Source: Escherichia coli (lineage in GTDB: Bacteria > Pseudomonadota > Gammaproteobacteria > Enterobacterales > Enterobacteriaceae). Taken from it: a stretch of DNA of 64,000 nt. The translations under genes and the position numbers were made by a program. The stretch lies in assembly GCF_036507355.1 (NCBI RefSeq), contig NZ_AP027877.1; one strand, written 5' to 3'. The notes under the pieces were generated by a model. The model had not been told where the DNA came from. It ran no database searches and saw only the letters and a list, made by a program, of their open reading frames with translations. This document shows, one piece after another, positions 56,828 through 64,000 of the stretch (positions are counted from its first letter, which is position 1; every line of letters begins with the position of its first letter).

Positions 56828-57211
56828 TTATCCGAAGCGATGAGAGTTATCCCGTAGCCGGGTCAGCCACTGCATAGCCTGATTGTTATTGTCCTGCTGC
56901 GCAATGATGTAGCCTTGGGGCAATGTTCTGTCGAGGACCGCTTTTGCAGCGGCGCTCTGGTCGCTGGAGTCAAAGGTAATTAACAGAGTGTCGTTTTTGG
57001 GGGTGATACTTTTGAAAGGAATGCCATGAGCGTCAAGGTGATGCCAGATTGAAAAACCGTCTGGCATCGTTGTGCCTTGATGAACGGCACGAATCGCCAG
57101 CGTAGACTCTTGCTGGCGAACCGCGGACCAGGCCAGCAACAGCGTGCCGACCAGAAGTAAAACAGCGCCGGACCAGGCTAGCTGGCGAAGCGACATGCGA
57201 GGTATTTGCAT
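56828..57211 (-). CDS. mzrA: Modulator of EnvZ/OmpR, MzrA (YqjB)
   Basis: 127-aa ORF with N-terminal transmembrane segment; synteny. Confidence 0.8.
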   Translation of the reverse strand: MQIPRMSLRQLAWSGAVLLLVGTLLLAWSAVRQQESTLAIRAVHQGTTMPDGFSIWHHLDAHGIPFKSITPKNDTLLITFDSSDQSAAAKAVLDRTLPQGYIIAQQDNNNQAMQWLTRLRDNSHRFG

Positions 57212-57214
57212 CCC

Positions 57215-57877
57215 TTACCCCCGATTTCCATATTTCTTTTTCCATAACACGACCAGAGAACCTGCCAGGCCAAACACCAGCAGCACCACCGGGAGCAGCA
57301 TCAGGCATGACATCAGCTGGTCCTCGTACTTTAAAAATACCGGCGTTTTGCCGAGCATGTAACCCAGAGTTGTCAGGATCAATACCCACAGCAGACCGCT
57401 CATCCAGTTGAAAAACTGAAAGCGCGCGTTATTCAGCCCTGATAACCCGGCAATCGTCGGCAGTAGTGTTCTGACAAACGCAATAAAGCGACCAATTAAC
57501 AGCGCCGATAAACCGTGTTTATGAAAAAGATGGTGTGCGCGTTGATGATAATGCGCGGGTAAATGAGATAGCCAGTTTTGTACGGTGCGGGTATTGCCCA
57601 GCCATCGCCCCTGAATATAGCTGACCCAGCAGCCGAGGCTGGCGGCAACGGTCAGCAGCAGAATCGTTTGCGGATAGCCCATCGCGCCTTTCGCAATCAA
57701 CACGCCGACCAATACCAGTAAACTGTCGCCCGGTAAAAAGGCCGCCGGAAGCAAGCCGTTTTCAAGGAACAAAATTACAAACAAGACAAAATACAACATG
57801 CCAATCATCGATGGATTGGCCAGGGTTTCAAAATCCTGCGCCCACAGGGCTTGCAGCAATTGGGTCAAAAGTTCCAT
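57215..57877 (-). CDS. yqjA: DedA-family inner membrane protein YqjA
   Basis: 220-aa hydrophobic ORF; recognised as YqjA. Confidence 0.88.
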   Translation of the reverse strand: MELLTQLLQALWAQDFETLANPSMIGMLYFVLFVILFLENGLLPAAFLPGDSLLVLVGVLIAKGAMGYPQTILLLTVAASLGCWVSYIQGRWLGNTRTVQNWLSHLPAHYHQRAHHLFHKHGLSALLIGRFIAFVRTLLPTIAGLSGLNNARFQFFNWMSGLLWVLILTTLGYMLGKTPVFLKYEDQLMSCLMLLPVVLLVFGLAGSLVVLWKKKYGNRG

Positions 57878-58221
57878 TCATTATTCCTGGTGAATCGGTT
57901 AACGCCACGCTGGTTTTAAAAGATGCACTACCGCAATGTTATTGCTGTTTTGGTATGTTCTGCGGGTTTGATACATCAACACAGCCTGAACTATTCCCTG
58001 TTAAATCGTGAGATAAGAAAGCATTCAAAAACATAAATTCAAATTGAATCTAATTGTAACAAAGGTCAACGTTGTTCGTTATCAAAATTACATGTCCGTG
58101 GAGTCTGATTTTGCTGAATGCAGGGGAGGGTGGCGAGAGGATTTACACAGGCTGACACTTTATACTTTTCGCTTACCGACGAGACAAACAGGCGCGTCGC
58201 AGCGCCTGTCGGACAGGAATT

Positions 58222-58998
58222 TCATTTACTGCCGCTGGTGGCTGTATCGAGATGCACCACCGGGTTTTCGGCGAATAGATAGCGGTCGGCATTGAACTCG
58301 AAGTCGTCGCTGGTTTCGTTGAATAACATGATCTTGGTGTTTTCCAGGTGCTGCCACATTGCCAGCTTAGCAGCATGAGGATCTTTGCGAATCAGCGCCT
58401 TGAGGATTTGATCGTGGTCATCACACCAGTTATCGACGGTACGGGAATCAATGTGTTCGTGCAGTTTTTTCCAGTACGGGTTATGGCTACGCTGGGTCCA
58501 CATTTTTTCAACGATAGCCGCCAGGGCGGAGTTCTGCGTCGCCAGGGCTACCTGAATATGGAACTGCAAATCCCACTCGGAATCACGGAAGCATTGTTCA
58601 CCGCGCGCCTGCTCCTGGATGGCCATCAATTTCATGATGTCCTGTTTCGTTACCTGAGTTGCTGCGAACTCGGCAATATTACTTTCGATGAGTTGGCGAG
58701 CCTGGAGTAACTCAAACGGACCGTAATTGGCGAATTCCATATTATTGTCCGCAGCCTGCTGATGGCGCGGCTGGTTGGAAACCACGTGAATACCTGAACC
58801 TTTACGCACTTCGACATAGCCTTCAACTTCCAGCATGATGATGGCTTCACGAACTACCGTACGGCTGACGTTCTTTTCATCGGCAATAAAGCGCTCGGCA
58901 GGCAGTTTATCACCCACCAGATAGACGCCCTGTTCGATGCGCTCTTTCAGGTCAGCGGCAAGTTGTTGATACAAACGGCGTGGTTCAGTGATTTCCAT
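58222..58998 (-). CDS. exuR: GntR/FadR-family hexuronate regulon repressor ExuR
   Basis: ORF 58222..59013; start placed at [13 protein letters not shown] (258 aa). Confidence 0.88.
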   Translation of the reverse strand: MEITEPRRLYQQLAADLKERIEQGVYLVGDKLPAERFIADEKNVSRTVVREAIIMLEVEGYVEVRKGSGIHVVSNQPRHQQAADNNMEFANYGPFELLQARQLIESNIAEFAATQVTKQDIMKLMAIQEQARGEQCFRDSEWDLQFHIQVALATQNSALAAIVEKMWTQRSHNPYWKKLHEHIDSRTVDNWCDDHDQILKALIRKDPHAAKLAMWQHLENTKIMLFNETSDDFEFNADRYLFAENPVVHLDTATSGSK

Positions 58999-59127
58999 AT
59001 GCGCTCCAGGCATGATACGGCAGACTATATTTGTTATACCACTTTTGCGAGTTTAGCTCTACTCGCAGTGATGAAAAAGCCGCCTGAGAAGGCGGCTTTG
59101 AAGGGAAACTAAAACTTACACGAAGCG

Positions 59128-60426
59128 TTAATGTTGCGGTGCGGGATCGTTATGTGTTTCCTGCGCCACCTCAATCGCCGGTTTGTTCTGCAATACGGTC
59201 CAGATAACCAGCGCACCCAGCAGGTCAAATACTGCCAGAACTGCGAACAGCGGGCTGAAGCCGATGGTGTCAGCCAGTGCACCGACAACCAGCGCAAACA
59301 GCGTACTTGCCAGCCATGCGGACATCCCGGTTAAACCGTTTGCCGTTGCCACTTCGTTACGACCAAACACGTCAGAAGAGAGCGTAATCAGCGCGCCAGA
59401 CAGTGCCTGGTGGGCAAAACCACCGATACACAGCAGCATAATTGCGACATACGGGTTGGTGAACAGACCGATCATACCCGGGCCAATCATCAGCACAGCA
59501 CCCAGCGTTACGACCATCTTACGGGAAACGATCAGGTTCACACCAAACCAGCGCTGGAACAGCGGCGGCAGGTAACCACCGAGGATACAACCGAGGTCAG
59601 CAAACAGCATCGGCATCCAGGCGAACATCGCGATCTCTTTCAGGTTAAAGCCGTAAACTTTAAACATGAACAGCGGGATCCACGCGTTAAAAGTACCCCA
59701 GGCTGGTTCTGCCAGGAAACGCGGCAGCGCGATACCCCAGAACTGACGGTTACGCAGGATCTGACCAACGGACATTTTCTTCGCCGTGCTCACCTGGTGC
59801 TGGGCTTCCTGACCATTAATAATATAGTCGCGTTCTTCATCGGTCAGATGCTTCTGGTCGCGCGGATGTTTATAGAAAATCAGCCATGCCATCGCCCAGA
59901 TAAAGCTCAATGCACCGGAGATGATAAATGCCATCTGCCAGCTGTGCATCACGATTGCCCATACCACCAGCGGCGGCGCAATCATCGCACCAATCGAAGA
60001 ACCTACGTTAAAGTAGCCTACTGCGATGGAACGCTCTTTCGCCGGGAACCATTCGGAGCTGGCTTTCAGACCCGCCGGGATCATCGCTGCTTCCGCGGCA
60101 CCGACCGCACCACGAGCAACAGCCAGGCCACCCCAGCTACCTGCCAGCGCGGTTGCACCACAGAACACGGCCCACAGCACAGCAAACATTGCATAACCGA
60201 TTTTCGTACCCAGCACATCCAGTACATAACCTGCTACCGGTTGCATGACCGTATAAGCAGCAGAATAGGCTGCGATGATATAGGAATACTGTTGGGTGGA
60301 GATGTTTAACTCTTCCATCAGAGTTGGCGCAGCTGCCGCCACAGTGTTACGCGTCAGGTAACCAAGCACGGTGCCGAGCGTCACCAGTGCGATCATATAC
60401 CAACGTAACCCTTTAATTTTACGCAT
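59128..60426 (-). CDS. exuT: Hexuronate MFS transporter ExuT
   Basis: ORF 59128..60546; start placed at MRKIKGLRWYMIALVTLG (432 aa). Confidence 0.88.
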   Translation of the reverse strand: MRKIKGLRWYMIALVTLGTVLGYLTRNTVAAAAPTLMEELNISTQQYSYIIAAYSAAYTVMQPVAGYVLDVLGTKIGYAMFAVLWAVFCGATALAGSWGGLAVARGAVGAAEAAMIPAGLKASSEWFPAKERSIAVGYFNVGSSIGAMIAPPLVVWAIVMHSWQMAFIISGALSFIWAMAWLIFYKHPRDQKHLTDEERDYIINGQEAQHQVSTAKKMSVGQILRNRQFWGIALPRFLAEPAWGTFNAWIPLFMFKVYGFNLKEIAMFAWMPMLFADLGCILGGYLPPLFQRWFGVNLIVSRKMVVTLGAVLMIGPGMIGLFTNPYVAIMLLCIGGFAHQALSGALITLSSDVFGRNEVATANGLTGMSAWLASTLFALVVGALADTIGFSPLFAVLAVFDLLGALVIWTVLQNKPAIEVAQETHNDPAPQH

Positions 60427-60654
60427 GTAAAACCTCATCGTTTTGTTATATCCGCAGGAAGCGCGGCCATCATCCCGCCAGAGGCTGAAGATGTTAGTTA
60501 CGACCGGGTAACCGAAAAAAAACCGGCACGCCCCGAACGTTGCCATGAAAGTTTCGTGCTAATTCGGCTTCCGTACCGGTTAACCCGATTCATCTAACAA
60601 ATGAATGAATCGGCAATTTGCATTCCGTCGACTTATGATTTGCGACGGCAGAAA

Positions 60655-60671
60655 GATAACTTGTCATACAA
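60655..60671. promoter_or_regulatory. Candidate ExuR/UxuR operator motif, copy 1
   Basis: gataacttgtcatacaa contains TTGT-N3-ACAA, a GntR/FadR-type half-palindrome; a near-identical motif lies at 60847..60862. Confidence 0.35.
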
Positions 60672-60806
60672 CTTTAAAAGGTGAGAGCCATCACAAATGT
60701 GCGAATATTTGTAGGGACATTACCTGACGACAGCGAGGCCAGTACTGGCGCGGCCTGCAGCGAGATTTACCACTTTGAGAGTAATTTTTTTAACTACGTT
60801 TATTGA

Positions 60807-62321
<1,515 letters not shown>

Positions 62322-62335
62322 GGTCTGGGGTTGAT

Positions 62336-63823
62336 ATGCAATACATCAAGATCCATGCGCTGGATAACGTCGCGGTCGCTTTAGCAGATTTGGCGGAAGG
62401 CACAGAAGTCAGTGTCGATAACCAGACTGTTACGCTGCGCCAGGATGTTGCTCGTGGACATAAATTTGCGTTAACGGATATCGCAAAAGGGGCCAACGTC
62501 ATCAAATATGGCCTGCCGATTGGTTATGCATTGGCGGATATTGCGGCGGGGGAACACGTTCACGCCCACAATACGCGCACGAATCTGAGCGATCTGGATC
62601 AGTATCGCTATCAACCTGATTTTCAGGATCTGCCTGCGCAAGCGGCAGATCGTGAAGTGCAGATCTATCGTCGCGCTAACGGCGATGTCGGGGTGCGTAA
62701 CGAGCTGTGGATCCTGCCAACCGTGGGCTGTGTCAACGGCATCGCGCGGCAGATCCAAAATCGTTTCCTGAAAGAGACCAACAACGCCGAAGGTACCGAC
62801 GGCGTGTTCCTCTTCAGCCACACCTACGGCTGCTCACAGCTGGGCGACGATCACATTAATACCCGCACCATGCTGCAAAACATGGTGCGCCACCCGAACG
62901 CAGGCGCAGTGCTGGTGATTGGCCTGGGCTGTGAAAACAACCAGGTTGCCGCATTCCGTGAAACGCTGGGCGATATCGATCCTGAACGCGTTCATTTCAT
63001 GATCTGCCAACAGCAGGATGATGAGATCGAGGCCGGGATCGAGCATTTGCATCAGTTGTATAACGTGATGCGCAACGATAAACGCGAGCCAGGCAAACTC
63101 AGCGAACTGAAGTTTGGTCTGGAGTGCGGTGGTTCTGACGGTCTTTCTGGTATTACTGCTAACCCGATGCTGGGGCGTTTCTCTGACTACGTGATTGCTA
63201 ACGGCGGTACTACCGTACTGACCGAAGTGCCGGAGATGTTTGGCGCAGAGCAGTTGCTGATGGACCATTGCCGCGACGAAGCAACGTTTGAAAAACTGGT
63301 CACCATGGTCAACGACTTCAAACAGTACTTTATTGCCCATGACCAGCCGATCTACGAAAACCCATCACCGGGGAACAAAGCGGGCGGTATCACCACGCTG
63401 GAAGACAAATCACTTGGCTGTACCCAGAAAGCGGGTTCCAGCGTCGTGGTTGACGTGCTGCGTTACGGCGAGCGTCTGAAAACGCCAGGGCTGAACTTGT
63501 TAAGTGCGCCGGGTAACGATGCCGTAGCGACCAGCGCCCTGGCGGGTGCGGGCTGCCATATGGTGCTGTTCAGTACTGGTCGTGGCACGCCGTATGGTGG
63601 ATTTGTGCCGACGGTGAAAATCGCCACCAACAGTGAACTGGCGGCGAAGAAAAAACACTGGATCGACTTTGACGCGGGTCAGCTGATCCACGGTAAAGCG
63701 ATGCCGCAGTTGCTGGAAGAATTTATCGACACCATCGTTGAGTTTGCCAACGGTAAGCAAACCTGTAACGAGCGTAACGACTTCCGCGAACTGGCGATCT
63801 TCAAAAGCGGCGTAACGCTATAA
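62336..63823 (+). CDS. uxaA: Altronate dehydratase UxaA
   Basis: 495-aa ORF; recognised as UxaA; paralogous to GarD. Confidence 0.92.
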   Translation: MQYIKIHALDNVAVALADLAEGTEVSVDNQTVTLRQDVARGHKFALTDIAKGANVIKYGLPIGYALADIAAGEHVHAHNTRTNLSDLDQYRYQPDFQDLPAQAADREVQIYRRANGDVGVRNELWILPTVGCVNGIARQIQNRFLKETNNAEGTDGVFLFSHTYGCSQLGDDHINTRTMLQNMVRHPNAGAVLVIGLGCENNQVAAFRETLGDIDPERVHFMICQQQDDEIEAGIEHLHQLYNVMRNDKREPGKLSELKFGLECGGSDGLSGITANPMLGRFSDYVIANGGTTVLTEVPEMFGAEQLLMDHCRDEATFEKLVTMVNDFKQYFIAHDQPIYENPSPGNKAGGITTLEDKSLGCTQKAGSSVVVDVLRYGERLKTPGLNLLSAPGNDAVATSALAGAGCHMVLFSTGRGTPYGGFVPTVKIATNSELAAKKKHWIDFDAGQLIHGKAMPQLLEEFIDTIVEFANGKQTCNERNDFRELAIFKSGVTL

Positions 63824-63848
63824 AGTCGAAATGAGTTGTTAATAAAAA

Positions 63849-63884
63849 ACGGCGTTTCATAATGTGAAGCGCCGTTTGCTTTTC
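63849..63884 (+). terminator. Rho-independent terminator after uxaA
   Basis: Hairpin aacggcg...cgccgtt followed by tgcttttcc. Confidence 0.65.
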
Positions 63885-63905
63885 CATACCTGCTAAGGAT
63901 TTATC

Positions 63906-64000
63906 ATGACCGCGTATTGGCTGGCCCAGGGCGTGGGTGTCATCGCCTTTCTGATTGGTATCACAACATTTTTCAATCGTGACGAACGTCGCTTCAAAAA
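63906..64000 (+). CDS. ygjV: Inner membrane protein YgjV, 5' fragment (continues beyond the window)
   Basis: ATG at 63906; N-terminus MTAYWLAQGVGVIAFLIGITTFFNRDERRFK. Confidence 0.7.
   Translation, partial: MTAYWLAQGVGVIAFLIGITTFFNRDERRFK

Noticed and set aside
59410-60309. 299-aa plus-strand ORF inside exuT
   Set aside because: Antisense to the MFS transporter frame; Arg/His/Gln-rich and not protein-like.

Overview
This window is an Escherichia coli chromosomal segment matching, in inverted orientation, the K-12 interval from deaD/mtr to uxaCA/ygjV (about 3.23 to 3.31 Mb on the K-12 map). Gene identities were assigned by recognising the translated ORFs and the RNase P RNA sequence from memory; no database search was run. 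The background is not K-12: the aga/kba N-acetylgalactosamine cluster is complete, including agaE and agaF, which K-12 has lost. In order the window holds deaD (5' partial), mtr, yhbW, ubiV-ubiU and divergent ubiT, yhbS, yhbQ, yhbP, yhbO, yraR, yraQ, dolP, diaA, yraN, lpoA, rsmI, a two-gene toxin-antitoxin-like module, the aga/kba cluster with agaR, prlF-yhaV, garD and garPLRK, rnpB, yhaC, yhaB, tdcR, tdcABCDEFG, cyuPA (yhaOM), yhaL, yhaK, yhaJ, an IS1 element, yhaH, yqjG, yqjF, yqjK-yqjE-yqjD-yqjC, mzrA, yqjA, exuR, exuT, uxaCA and the start of ygjV. The most notable strain-specific observations are: (1) a Gp49/HigB-like toxin plus XRE-HTH antitoxin pair between rsmI and agaI, where K-12 carries the yraHIJK fimbrial operon; (2) single in-frame amber (TAG) codons interrupting both kbaZ and yhaC, with no indels; (3) an IS1 inserted in yhaI with no target-site duplication and about 215 bp of yhaI missing. 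I found no CRISPR array, prophage, integrase, tRNA or rRNA gene in the window, so the systems here look like known families in a strain-specific arrangement rather than a clearly novel system.
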